The notes below the pieces were generated by a model. That model did no database searches. It saw nothing but the letters and a program-made list of their open reading frames with translations, and was not told the DNA's origin. Positions 19,861-29,197 of a DNA stretch of 64,000 bases are shown in pieces; the first letter of the stretch is position 1, and every line of letters starts with the position of its first letter. The DNA comes from an uncultured Alphaproteobacteria bacterium (GTDB lineage Bacteria; Pseudomonadota; Alphaproteobacteria; JAGOMX01). Position numbers and translations under genes: made by a program. The stretch is from contig CAWAEF010000031.1 in the NCBI GenBank assembly GCA_963780985.1, positions 86,100 to 150,099 on the forward strand. The letters are read 5' to 3'.

Positions 19861-20674
19861 TTTCTATCCCATAAAGAAATAGGCCATGGGCATTAGCATA
19901 TTCAACGGCCTCGCGCTTTTGCAGCACCTGCACGCTATTGGCCTCCACCGCAATACCCCGCAAGCCATGTGCATGGGCCTGTTTAACGGTCTCCAGCCCA
20001 ATGGTAGGCAGGTCCACCCGCCGGTCCTGATCAGGTTTAACCGTCTTCACCAAAACACCGCCCGGGCCTTTTCGATGCAGAGATTGGCAACGCTTAATCA
20101 GTTCACTGGTCCCCTCCACAGCCTCAACACCCAGGACAATACCCCCCTGGACGATAACCGCTTGTCCCACATCCGCTTGTCCCAGCAAGTGGGCCACCTT
20201 AGTGCCATGTTGGATGTCCTGGAGAGCCTGCTCATCCGGCGTAATCTTGCCCATAGGGCCCGCCGTCGCTAAAATACTAGCACCAATCAAGTTTTCCGCG
20301 CCAATCACCCGAAAACCTTCTTTTTCCAGCTCATCGATAATAATGCGGAACATAGAATCATCACCAAAAGCATGCTTGGCCAGCCGTGCCAGCCAAAAGG
20401 CGCCTTTGGTGTCTGGCCGGATCTCCCACCAGGAAGGGCGCTTCATTGGCCCCACCATGACCAGTTCTTCCACGCCATTCTGCTTGAGTAATTTCAGAGA
20501 TTGACCCACGGCCCCCAGTCTCACCCAGGCATGATCACTATCAATGACAGTTTCAGGATCGGTCTGACCATCAAAGGCCAAGACAAAGTAAGGGCGACCG
20601 CTCGCGCGGCAATGCTTGATGACCTCTTGAGGTAAATCCCTGCCGCCTGCTATAATCCCTAACTTACCGCTCAT
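19847..20674 (-). CDS. lpxI: UDP-2,3-diacylglucosamine diphosphatase LpxI (DUF1009)
   Basis: 275 aa, located between lpxA and lpxB as in alphaproteobacteria. It has LGIIAGGRDLP and GLRGIAVEA motifs. Confidence 0.8.
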   Translation of the reverse strand: MSGKLGIIAGGRDLPQEVIKHCRASGRPYFVLAFDGQTDPETVIDSDHAWVRLGAVGQSLKLLKQNGVEELVMVGPMKRPSWWEIRPDTKGAFWLARLAKHAFGDDSMFRIIIDELEKEGFRVIGAENLIGASILATAGPMGKITPDEQALQDIQHGTKVAHLLGQADVGQAVIVQGGIVLGVEAVEGTSELIKRCQSLHRKGPGGVLVKTVKPDQDRRVDLPTIGLETVKQAHAHGLRGIAVEANSVQVLQKREAVEYANAHGLFLYGIENDRT

Positions 20675-20675
20675 A

Positions 20676-21467
20676 TCACGCCGCCGGCATACTCAAGGCA
20701 CGCTTGGAGTCATTGCTGATAAAGTTGATGATCTCCATCACATACTTATGGTCTTTATATTTCTCGGCCACATGTTCGGTACGTTCTTGCATTGTGTGGT
20801 GATCCGCAAACAGGTCATTGTAAGCACTGATCATTTCAAGGATATCTTCACGAGAAACCCCAGAACGCTTTAAGCCCACCAAGTTCAAACCCGACACATT
20901 GTCCGGATGAGGCATAACCATGGCATAGGGGATCACATCGTACTTGATACCGGCGGTGCCGCCGATAAAGGCATGATGCCCAATACGCACATGCTGGTGG
21001 ACAGCGGCCAAGCCGCCGACGTTCGCATGGTCGCCAATGATCACATGTCCGGCCAAAGTTGCCATATTAGCCATAGTGACGTGATCACCAATATGACAGT
21101 CATGGGCCACGTGACTACCGGCCATAAAGAGTCCATTGTCGCCCACACTCGTCACCAAGCCCCCTGCGGAGGTTCCTGGCTGCATAGTCACATACTCACG
21201 GATGATATTGTTCTTACCGATGATCAACTTGTTCGTCGGCCCGGACTCATCCTTGTGAGATTGCGGCGGTTGCCCCAGAGATGCAAACGGATAAACGAGC
21301 GTGCCCTCACCGATGGTCGTATTGCCATCAATCACCACATGGGATTTCAGGGTTACATTATCGTGAAGGGTCACATGGTCGCCCACAAAACAGAACGGAC
21401 CAATAGTAACGTTTTGCCCGATTTTTGCCGATGGAGAGACCACGGCCGATGGGTGAATCTTTGTCAT
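20676..21467 (-). CDS. lpxA: acyl-ACP--UDP-N-acetylglucosamine O-acyltransferase
   Basis: Hexapeptide repeats, an IHPSAVV start, and 263 aa. It sits downstream of fabZ. Confidence 0.92.
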   Translation of the reverse strand: MTKIHPSAVVSPSAKIGQNVTIGPFCFVGDHVTLHDNVTLKSHVVIDGNTTIGEGTLVYPFASLGQPPQSHKDESGPTNKLIIGKNNIIREYVTMQPGTSAGGLVTSVGDNGLFMAGSHVAHDCHIGDHVTMANMATLAGHVIIGDHANVGGLAAVHQHVRIGHHAFIGGTAGIKYDVIPYAMVMPHPDNVSGLNLVGLKRSGVSREDILEMISAYNDLFADHHTMQERTEHVAEKYKDHKYVMEIINFISNDSKRALSMPAA

Positions 21468-21468
21468 T

Positions 21469-21957
21469 TTATGCCTTTTTCTCGACGATCATCGCCGTGT
21501 AGGTAGCTTCTGCATGAACGACGCCGTTCACCAAGGCTTTGCCATTGAATTTCCAAACGTTACCCCGGTGCTGTTCTTTTTTAACCTGCAGCTCAAGCAC
21601 ATCCCCAGGCACCACAGGCTTGCGAAAGCGCGCACTCTCGATGGACATAAAGTACACCAACAGGTCTTCCTGATTACGGTTGATCGTATGTATCACCAAA
21701 GCCGCCGACGTCTGAGCCAGCGCCTCAATAATCAATACCCCGGGCATCACCTTAAGTTTCGGAAAGTGCCCTTGGAAAAAGGGCTCGTTCACCGAAACAC
21801 ACTTGATACCCGTAGCACTTTCACCAGGAACGATATTGGTCAACTTCTCCAGCATCAAAATCGGCGCCCGATGGGGGATCAGCTGTTGGATTTGTTCAAC
21901 ATCTAAGGTTAAGTTATCCACTTCAGGATGTAATAGAATGACGTTATCATCGGACAT
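21469..21957 (-). CDS. fabZ: 3-hydroxyacyl-ACP dehydratase
   Basis: The LPHRAPILMLEK...FFQGHFP motif is present. I place the start at the ATG at 21957, behind AAAGGAG. Confidence 0.92.
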   Translation of the reverse strand: MSDDNVILLHPEVDNLTLDVEQIQQLIPHRAPILMLEKLTNIVPGESATGIKCVSVNEPFFQGHFPKLKVMPGVLIIEALAQTSAALVIHTINRNQEDLLVYFMSIESARFRKPVVPGDVLELQVKKEQHRGNVWKFNGKALVNGVVHAEATYTAMIVEKKA

Positions 21958-21984
21958 GTTACATACTCCTTTCATAATTATTTT

Positions 21985-22110
21985 CTTAACAACTCAGATA
22001 GTGCGTTAGCTACGTGTGAAAGCCGAGCACCGGAGCGGAGCGTACTTTTGGGTACGTGAGCACCGGAGCGCAGGCTTTCGCGCGTAGATGACGTGCTAGG
22101 TGAGTTGTTG
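21985..22110. repeat. family E palindromic element (TIR AACAACTCA), copy E1
   Basis: This roughly 125-bp imperfect palindrome has a reverse-complement copy at 60715-60840. It overlaps the last 5 codons of lpxD. Confidence 0.9.
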
Positions 22111-23145
22111 GCTCCTTTTATTCTTTGCTAGTTTTTCTAAAGCAACTGTCTGGCGGTGCCATTGTTTGGCAGGAACCGCAGGGGATCCGCCCACCACTTG
22201 ACCGTCTTCAATGTCCCGCATGATACCACTTTGCGCGGCGATCTGAACACCCTTACCGATTGTAAGATGCCCGCTCAAGCCAGCTTGGCCACCAATGGCC
22301 GTATGGTCTCCCACTTTTGTGCTACCAGAGATACCCACCTGCGCCACAATAACGCAGCCACGCCCGATTTGGACGTTATGGGCAATCATGACCAGGTTGT
22401 CGATACGACTACCAGCGCCAATAATGGTATCTTCGCTGCTACCTCGGTCGATGGTGGTATTTGCACCCACGTCCACATAATCTTCGATAATAACCCGGCC
22501 CAGCTGCGGCACAGGGAAATGCCCCCGTTTATCCATATGGAAGCCAAATCCCGCCTGACCGACGCGCACGCCCGTGTGAAGAATCACGTGATTACCGATC
22601 AGGGCATTGGTTATGGTCACATTCGATGCAATCTTACAGTGGCTACCCAGCTTCACGCCTTTACCAATCACGGTGTTAGCGCCGATAAAGCTATTGCTAC
22701 CAATTTCCACATTTTCGCCAATGACAACGCCCGCTTCAAACGTGCAATTCAGACCGATGGTGGCTGAAGGATGGATGGGATTAAACGTATCTGTCCCTGT
22801 CCTAAACGAGTCATGGCTTGGATAAAATGCTGTGGCTAATTGGGCATAAGAACGATAAGGGGAAGCAGAAGACAATACCACCGCTGTGCTAGGGCAACGG
22901 TCCGCAAATTGAGGCTCGATAATAATAACGCCAGCCTGAGAACTATCCAGTGACGACAAATATTTCCGATTATGAAAGACAGCAATGTCTTTGGCTGATG
23001 CCGCATCCAGAGTCGCCACATCATTAAACGATGACTCTTTCGAGACGCCAACAGGCAAATCCCCATGAATCTCAGTCTCAGAGACCGTCATAATCTCCGT
23101 CAAAGTCTTACTGCCGGAGTACATAAAAAAACGCGCGTCAGCCAT
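22096..23145 (-). CDS. lpxD: UDP-3-O-acylglucosamine N-acyltransferase
   Basis: Hexapeptide-repeat LpxD architecture, upstream of fabZ. I place the start at the ATG at 23145, behind GGGAG. Confidence 0.9.
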   Translation of the reverse strand: MADARFFMYSGSKTLTEIMTVSETEIHGDLPVGVSKESSFNDVATLDAASAKDIAVFHNRKYLSSLDSSQAGVIIIEPQFADRCPSTAVVLSSASPYRSYAQLATAFYPSHDSFRTGTDTFNPIHPSATIGLNCTFEAGVVIGENVEIGSNSFIGANTVIGKGVKLGSHCKIASNVTITNALIGNHVILHTGVRVGQAGFGFHMDKRGHFPVPQLGRVIIEDYVDVGANTTIDRGSSEDTIIGAGSRIDNLVMIAHNVQIGRGCVIVAQVGISGSTKVGDHTAIGGQAGLSGHLTIGKGVQIAAQSGIMRDIEDGQVVGGSPAVPAKQWHRQTVALEKLAKNKRSQQLT

Positions 23146-23426
23146 TAGATAACTCCCTTTCTCGGAACCTGAGTATACTGGAATAGTCCAGAAAAGCAAG
23201 AACAGTGACAGCAGATTGACTGACTATCGGGCTGGGGGGTGGCTTTCGTTGACCTTTCGACCTATCGGGGTTATCCTATTCCGCTTCAGCAGCCCTTTAG
23301 CGAGTGTTTACAGAAAACTTATCTAAAACCCTTCTTACCTTTAGTGGCAAAATGCGCTACAATACATTTTTAGACAACCATGATCTTGTTCAGCAAGGTT
23401 AGATAAGCAGGATACACTGGGGGGAT

Positions 23427-24674
23427 ATGAAGGTCTTTCACATATTTTTGATCTTTCTCATGTGTCTAGCGACCGCGGCGGATGCGAAACCTCGCAAGAA
23501 GCAGAGGTTGTATTCCCCTAATCCTGCCTATTCATCTATTGTCATAGACGCCCACACGGGCAAGGTTCTTCATAATGAAGGCGCGGACAATATTACCTAT
23601 CCCGCATCTCTTACCAAAATGATGACACTGTATTTATTGTTCGAAGCCCTTGAGAATGGCAAAATTAGCCATAACCATAAGTTTCGTGTTTCCGTCAATG
23701 CCAGCCGACAGGGTCCCACCAAATTATACTTGAAGCCAGGTGAGATTATAGCCGTGCGCGACGCGCTTTTGGGCATTATGACCAAGTCTGCCAATGATGC
23801 GTCTGTCGTCGTTGCGGAAGGATTAGCCGGGTCTGAGGCAAACTTTGCCGCGCGTATGAACATTAAGGCTAAGTCCTTAGGCATGACCAACACTCATTTC
23901 TGCAACGCCTCAGGCTTGCCCAATCCCAATCAAAAGACTACGGCCCGTGATATGGCCATCCTGTCCTTGGCCTTGTATAAACATTACCCGAGGTACTATA
24001 GCTATTTCCAAACCAAAAACTTTAAGTTTAAAGGAAATAACCACGCCAACCATAACCATCTTTTGGGCAATGTTCCTGGGGTGGACGGCATCAAGACCGG
24101 CTGGATTATAGCCTCAGGCTGGAACTTATCAGCATCCGCTGTGCGTTCTGGCAAGCGGGTTATTGCGGTGGTTTTGGGCGGTAAGACGCGGCTGTGGCGG
24201 GATAAACGAGTAACTGAGCTCCTAGATGTGGGGTTTAATAAGCTAGGCGTGGTTAACAATAATGACGTGCCAATCCCTGAGGAAAGACCTGAACCCGTGG
24301 TGCAAAATGCTGCTACGGAGCCCCCGGTCCAGCAGGCCGAGGTTATGGCACCTATTGCCAATCAGAAGGCGCCTCTGCCTAAGATGAAACCAGCCTCATT
24401 GCCAGAAAAGACGGTGCAGGCCATCGCAGGCAAGTGGGGCGTGCAAGTGGGTGCCTTCGGCTCCCAAAAGAAAGCCCAAGAAGTCGCAGCCAAAGTAAAG
24501 CAAGAGGTTAGCGCTTTAAGTACAGCTAAGGTGGTGATCAATCCCATCAAGCATACTCGTGGTAAGCTGTATCAAACAAGATTCGTAAACCTGCCTGAGA
24601 ACGTGGCGCGCAAGGTGTGTTCGCAAGTGGTGAAAAAGGGACATTCTTGTATGGCGATGAAGGTTGTGAAGTAG
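23427..24674 (+). CDS. D-alanyl-D-alanine carboxypeptidase (S11, PBP5/6-like) with a C-terminal SPOR domain
   Basis: Signal peptide, SLTKMMT (SxxK), SAND-like and KTG motifs. The C-terminal WGVQVGAFGSQKKAQEVAAKV is SPOR-like. Confidence 0.85.
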   Translation: MKVFHIFLIFLMCLATAADAKPRKKQRLYSPNPAYSSIVIDAHTGKVLHNEGADNITYPASLTKMMTLYLLFEALENGKISHNHKFRVSVNASRQGPTKLYLKPGEIIAVRDALLGIMTKSANDASVVVAEGLAGSEANFAARMNIKAKSLGMTNTHFCNASGLPNPNQKTTARDMAILSLALYKHYPRYYSYFQTKNFKFKGNNHANHNHLLGNVPGVDGIKTGWIIASGWNLSASAVRSGKRVIAVVLGGKTRLWRDKRVTELLDVGFNKLGVVNNNDVPIPEERPEPVVQNAATEPPVQQAEVMAPIANQKAPLPKMKPASLPEKTVQAIAGKWGVQVGAFGSQKKAQEVAAKVKQEVSALSTAKVVINPIKHTRGKLYQTRFVNLPENVARKVCSQVVKKGHSCMAMKVVK

Positions 24675-24720
24675 GGGGTCCCGTTTACAGACTGGGACGG
24701 ACGTCTGTCATGGAGTTTAT

Positions 24721-25241
24721 GGGCTCTGCCCAAACCCCGGGATATATAAAAGAAACCCAGAGATCATTATCCTCGATCAAGTAATTTCAATGGAAGAGGG
24801 GCGGCCTAAGCCACCCCTCAATCTCTGGTTTTCTGCGGCCATCGGCGTCCCCGCCTGTACCGCATTCACAGAATTATCATATTTCCGTTTTAAAACGACT
24901 CAAATTTTAATTGCCTCACTCGACCTCATCGTGCAATGCAGTCCTAGTGCCCCGAATCATTAATTCTGCCCCCGGGGCCCGTCATTCTGAAACGGACGAC
25001 CGCGAAGCGGGCGGTAGTGAAGAATCCAGTTAAACATGTGTAAGCGCAGCGAACTCTTTATATAAACTACTCGCCCCAAGTAGGCTAGTTACGAGTTCGC
25101 TAAGCTCACACTATTGCGCTGGGCCCTGTTCAGCAACGCTTCGCCTATGCTGCTCAGGACAACGATCAAGGGGGTAGAATTAGTGATTCGGCATTTAGAA
25201 CCCATCTCTGGGTTCTACAACTATGGTTTGGGGCAGAGCCC
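24721..25241. repeat. nested repeat: family D inverted ends enclosing a type-B palindromic core
   Basis: GGGCTCTGCCCAAACC..AAACCCAGAGAT at 24721-24770 is mirrored at 25198-25241. A B-type core lies at 24981-25164. A further D end is at 41320-41370. Confidence 0.8.
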
Positions 25242-25296
25242 CAAGACTAATGCCACCGATGGCGCCAAGTCAATCAACCCCCGGACAAGTTATAAT

Positions 25297-25932
25297 CTAT
25301 TTCCCAAATAAATGAAGTTTATTACCAAAATAGACTCTATACATGTTCGCAAGGCGAGTTTTATCCGTGAAGTGCGCATATAAAGAATCATCCGTATTTA
25401 GCCACCAGCCCCTATTGTTCATATCCAGAGTATGCCAGCACGAACCAAGGGTAACATAGTCAGTGTTACCACCAGGAATGACTTTACCATCTTCTATACT
25501 TAATGTGTGGGCGCCCGTGGCGGTTAATGTAAGAACTATTCGATCAAGGGTTATGGAATTCGGCACCTTAAAGTCGCAACGCATGAAGGTATCCGTACTT
25601 GGTAGATTATTCAACAACGATTGGCTATATCCGGCCTTATCGCAAACTGTCAGCATAACTTGAATATCATAGGTCAGCAACATGCTGCTCGGCTCACCAT
25701 AGGGAAGAATATAGGGTGCTGATTTAGGCAAATCTCCATTTATTTTTATTAAGGTTCTAGGGTGACTGCTGTTCTGACCTGATAAATCCACGCCAGGTAT
25801 TTCATTAAGCAAATGGACCTTAATTGTCCGCATGCCTTCTGTTCCATCCCCAACATTACTCGCAAAACTCTGACCGCCAGCCATCAATAGTGCTGCCGAT
25901 AAACCTAAAGTATACGTGATTATTTTATTCAT
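25297..25932 (-). CDS. hypothetical secreted protein
   Basis: 211 aa, AGGAGA RBS and signal peptide MNKIITYTLGLSAALLMAGGQSFA. I recognise no family. Confidence 0.55.
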   Translation of the reverse strand: MNKIITYTLGLSAALLMAGGQSFASNVGDGTEGMRTIKVHLLNEIPGVDLSGQNSSHPRTLIKINGDLPKSAPYILPYGEPSSMLLTYDIQVMLTVCDKAGYSQSLLNNLPSTDTFMRCDFKVPNSITLDRIVLTLTATGAHTLSIEDGKVIPGGNTDYVTLGSCWHTLDMNNRGWWLNTDDSLYAHFTDKTRLANMYRVYFGNKLHLFGK

Positions 25933-25957
25933 GATTATTCTCCTATTATTATTTTAC

Positions 25958-26330
25958 GGCTCTTATGCAAAACGGGTGGGTTGGATGTAATATTCTGCCC
26001 CTGCAGACGTCATCCTGAACGGACGACCGCGAAGCGGGCGGTAGTGAAGGATCCAGTTATAGATGTGTCGCGTAGCGACTCTGCTTATAAGTATACCCAC
26101 TATACAAATGTTACAGCCAGCTGTCGACATGACGTTAAAAATGGGGCCATCTACAGTAGAGTCGCTTCGCGACGCATGTCTTACTGGATCCTTCACTACC
26201 GCCCGCTTCGCGGTCGTCCGTTCAGGATGACGGGAACCGGGAGCCGTGAATATTCTCCTTGCAATTATCCTCATTCACATTCAGTTCAGGATAATGACTA
26301 CCCATTACCCACCCGTTTTGCATAAGAGCC
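25958..26330. repeat. family A element, copy A2
   Basis: It has the same termini and central block (CATGACGTTAAAAATGGGGCCATCTACAG) as A1, A3 and A4. Confidence 0.9.
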
Positions 26331-26532
26331 TGTTTCACTCTTGATACCCGCAGGAACGGTCTACGCTTCAAGAAATTTGTCAGGCACGATAGACATACCC
26401 TGACCTCCCCTTTTCCTACTTAATGCATGTATAATCTATGCATTTCCTAAAAGCAATGGGTCCTAATTGGAAAGTTGCAGCAAACGCTTCCAATTAATCC
26501 AACCCCCTGAAAAAACACCAAAAACCCCCACT

Positions 26533-26548
26533 TGGCCCGATCCTTGCT
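26533..26548 (+). promoter_or_regulatory. candidate sigma54 (-24/-12) promoter for fliK-flgD-flgE
   Basis: TGGCCCGATCCTTGCT fits TGGCAC-N5-TTGCW with the correct GG/GC spacing. It lies 37 nt upstream of the fliK ATG. A sigma54 activator (flbD) is encoded nearby. Confidence 0.5.
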
Positions 26549-26584
26549 TCATACACAGCAGGATCATAACCAAAGGGGACCACC

Positions 26585-28045
26585 ATGGCCAATTATGTGA
26601 TAGCGCCGACTCAAACTATGGATTTGTCTAAGCTTATCACTGAAGCCATTGCGCCAGAGTCCGGTCTATCCCTGGAGCAAGGTTCGGACATGGGTCTTGA
26701 AAAAGAAACTTTTGCGCAAGTCATCGAGCAAGGCCAGGCGGCGACAGCTGATACGTCCTTGGTAGACAAGATGGCTCCTTTTAAAGAAGCTCTCTCCGTA
26801 AACACAGAAATTGAATCACCCCAAGAAACACTAGGACTCGAAGCCATTTTCAACCCCGTACCCCTTGACGGAATTGTATACAGAGTACCCCTTGACGGAA
26901 TTGTCTACAGAGACAGATCATTAGGCAATAAATCGTCTCCCGAGATTTTAAGTGATGACGGCTCAGTTCAACGAGATTCAGTTCTAGATCTGGTCGCAAC
27001 CGAAGTTCCAACAGCTCCTGTGCTCAAGGTTCTTTCCAAAGAATTGCCTGCGGAAGATTTGGAAATGTACATCCCCAAAGATAATGTACTCGTTGCAAGG
27101 CAAGCTGAGCCTCAGTTGGGACTCCCCGCGCAGGCTAAGCCCTTGGATAATGAGCCCGCTCCGCTAGTCCAGCTTAAGGGCTTAGAACAAAAACCCGACC
27201 AATCGCCGGTCGAAAAAGTCACTTTTGTCCCTGGAAATCAGGCTGAAGCAAAGCCTGAGCCTGCACCAAAATTCGCAGAAATACTTCAGAATGTGACCGT
27301 TAAAGAGGAAGTAGTCAAAGCCGTCATTACCAAAACAGACAAGACTACCCATAAGGATGCATCGATAAATAAACCGATGACTGACACCGCATTGACGTCT
27401 TCTGACAAACCTCAGGTAGCAGACAACCAAAAGATCACGCCGCCGCTGGAAATCAGAGAAACAAAGCCAGGGCCAAGAAACTTGAACTTAAAAGCAGATC
27501 TGCCTGCAGATAATGAACCTCGGATTGAGCCCATAGCCAACTACAAGCTAGAGGCCGCTGCAAGCCAAGAGTCTGCATCATTAAAGGCCCAGCAAACCTC
27601 ATTGACGCCACAATTGCTGCAGGCAAAAACGCCCCAGATTATGCATGACATAGCTGTGCACATGAAACAGGCTATCAATGCCTCCTCAGACAAGGTGACC
27701 GTACAGCTCAATCCACCAGCGCTTGGCAAAATACAAATCGAGCTGCAGTTTGCAAAAGACGGTCGGGTGAACGCTATACTCTATGCGGATAAAATCGAGA
27801 CCTATGATCTTTTGCAACGGAATCCTCAACTGCTGAAAGAATCGATTGCCGGGACAGGAATAAATCCAGAAACCACGGATTTGTCTTTTAGCTTTAGAGG
27901 CGAGAATTCCGATCGGGATGATGGAAAGACTGAAAAGCCCGTATGGGGAAATTCTCAAGGAATGGGCGAATCTAGCAGTGAGGCAGTCTTGTACAGGCAG
28001 TCGACTGCTTTAAATTCGGACAAGAAGGTGGACATCCATGCTTGA
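26585..28045 (+). CDS. fliK: flagellar hook-length control protein
   Basis: Pro/Gln/Lys-rich central region. The C-terminal Flg_hook-like segment is KVTVQLNPPALGKIQIELQF..ILYADKIETYDLLQ. It lies upstream of flgD-flgE. Confidence 0.8.
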   Translation: MANYVIAPTQTMDLSKLITEAIAPESGLSLEQGSDMGLEKETFAQVIEQGQAATADTSLVDKMAPFKEALSVNTEIESPQETLGLEAIFNPVPLDGIVYRVPLDGIVYRDRSLGNKSSPEILSDDGSVQRDSVLDLVATEVPTAPVLKVLSKELPAEDLEMYIPKDNVLVARQAEPQLGLPAQAKPLDNEPAPLVQLKGLEQKPDQSPVEKVTFVPGNQAEAKPEPAPKFAEILQNVTVKEEVVKAVITKTDKTTHKDASINKPMTDTALTSSDKPQVADNQKITPPLEIRETKPGPRNLNLKADLPADNEPRIEPIANYKLEAAASQESASLKAQQTSLTPQLLQAKTPQIMHDIAVHMKQAINASSDKVTVQLNPPALGKIQIELQFAKDGRVNAILYADKIETYDLLQRNPQLLKESIAGTGINPETTDLSFSFRGENSDRDDGKTEKPVWGNSQGMGESSSEAVLYRQSTALNSDKKVDIHA

Positions 28046-29114
28046 TTTAATAGATAAAAAAACCGAGTTCTTGCCTCCAAAGGTAGCCGCGGCCCAAGAG
28101 CATCTGAGAGAATCCCGGGTGCGGATGACGACCAGAGGCAAGGAGGATAGCATAGAGAAGTCATCCCAGATGATGTTCTCAACGTTTAAGGACTCGCTGA
28201 AGCTGTTTCTCAGTTCCATTAAGTGCCAGGACCCTATGGATCCAGTGGATACCTCGGAAATGGCTAAGCAGATGTTCCAGCTGTCCCAGGCCCAAGGACA
28301 GTACGCCATGCTGGAGAAAATCGAAGAGCAGAACGATTTGCTACGTTCAGGGCAAGTGCTGAATGCATCTAGCTTTATTGGCAAAACTCTTGAGGTCAAG
28401 AGTGACCGCTTCACACTGCAGGATGGGAAGATTCAGCTGGGCGCCATGCTCCCAGAGGGAGCATCAAAAGCGAGTTTCGAGATCGTCGATAGTAAGGGCT
28501 TTGTCGTATATGAAAAAGAAATCCAACCTAATGCAGGGCAAAAGTATCTGCAGGGCGGAAAGCAAGAACTCATTTGGTCCGGTGAGGTTAATACGGTACA
28601 TGGCAAGTCGATTAATGCTGGAAAGTCGCTGGAGAAGGGTGATTTCGGTGTTCGTGTGATGCTCTATGATGAAGCTGGCGGCTTTCTAAGAGAAAGATAC
28701 ACGAGGGAGTATGCTGCTGCGGAAACAACAATCAGGGCGCCGCTTACAGGTAGCGATTTTGCGGATAAGCAACCAAAAATTGTCGTCAACAACCAGATTC
28801 TCCCCCTGTCAGCTATCGTGAGTATTCAACAGGACGTTGAGGTGGCTCCTGAGGAAGAAGAGGTTGTTAATCGGGGTGCCGTCATAAGGCAGGCCCTGAA
28901 TATCCTCTCTGAGGAAGAGCGCAATGCCTACAAGTTGCGTATCCAAGAAGAAGCCAAGGTAGCTAAAAAATTACTAGAGGTGGATCAAAGTCTTGAACAG
29001 GAGGTGAATTATTTGCCTCCAGAGAACTATAACAAATTGTTTAAGGAAATAGAGGAGAAGTTGAAAGTTATACATGATCAAAAGCAAAAGGAAATGCAAA
29101 AGCCAGTAGCTTAA
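28038..29114 (+). CDS. flgD: flagellar hook capping/assembly protein with an extended Glu/Lys-rich tail
   Basis: LSSIKCQDPMDPVDTSEMAKQMFQLSQAQG matches the FlgD N-terminal motif. It overlaps fliK by 8 nt. Confidence 0.8.
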   Translation: MLDLIDKKTEFLPPKVAAAQEHLRESRVRMTTRGKEDSIEKSSQMMFSTFKDSLKLFLSSIKCQDPMDPVDTSEMAKQMFQLSQAQGQYAMLEKIEEQNDLLRSGQVLNASSFIGKTLEVKSDRFTLQDGKIQLGAMLPEGASKASFEIVDSKGFVVYEKEIQPNAGQKYLQGGKQELIWSGEVNTVHGKSINAGKSLEKGDFGVRVMLYDEAGGFLRERYTREYAAAETTIRAPLTGSDFADKQPKIVVNNQILPLSAIVSIQQDVEVAPEEEEVVNRGAVIRQALNILSEEERNAYKLRIQEEAKVAKKLLEVDQSLEQEVNYLPPENYNKLFKEIEEKLKVIHDQKQKEMQKPVA

Positions 29115-29197
29115 AGACTTTAAGCAATTGTGAGGAAACTTAAGATAACAAAATGTAACTTCTTTTAAGGGGGAGTTACTTTAAAAAGGAGGATTAA

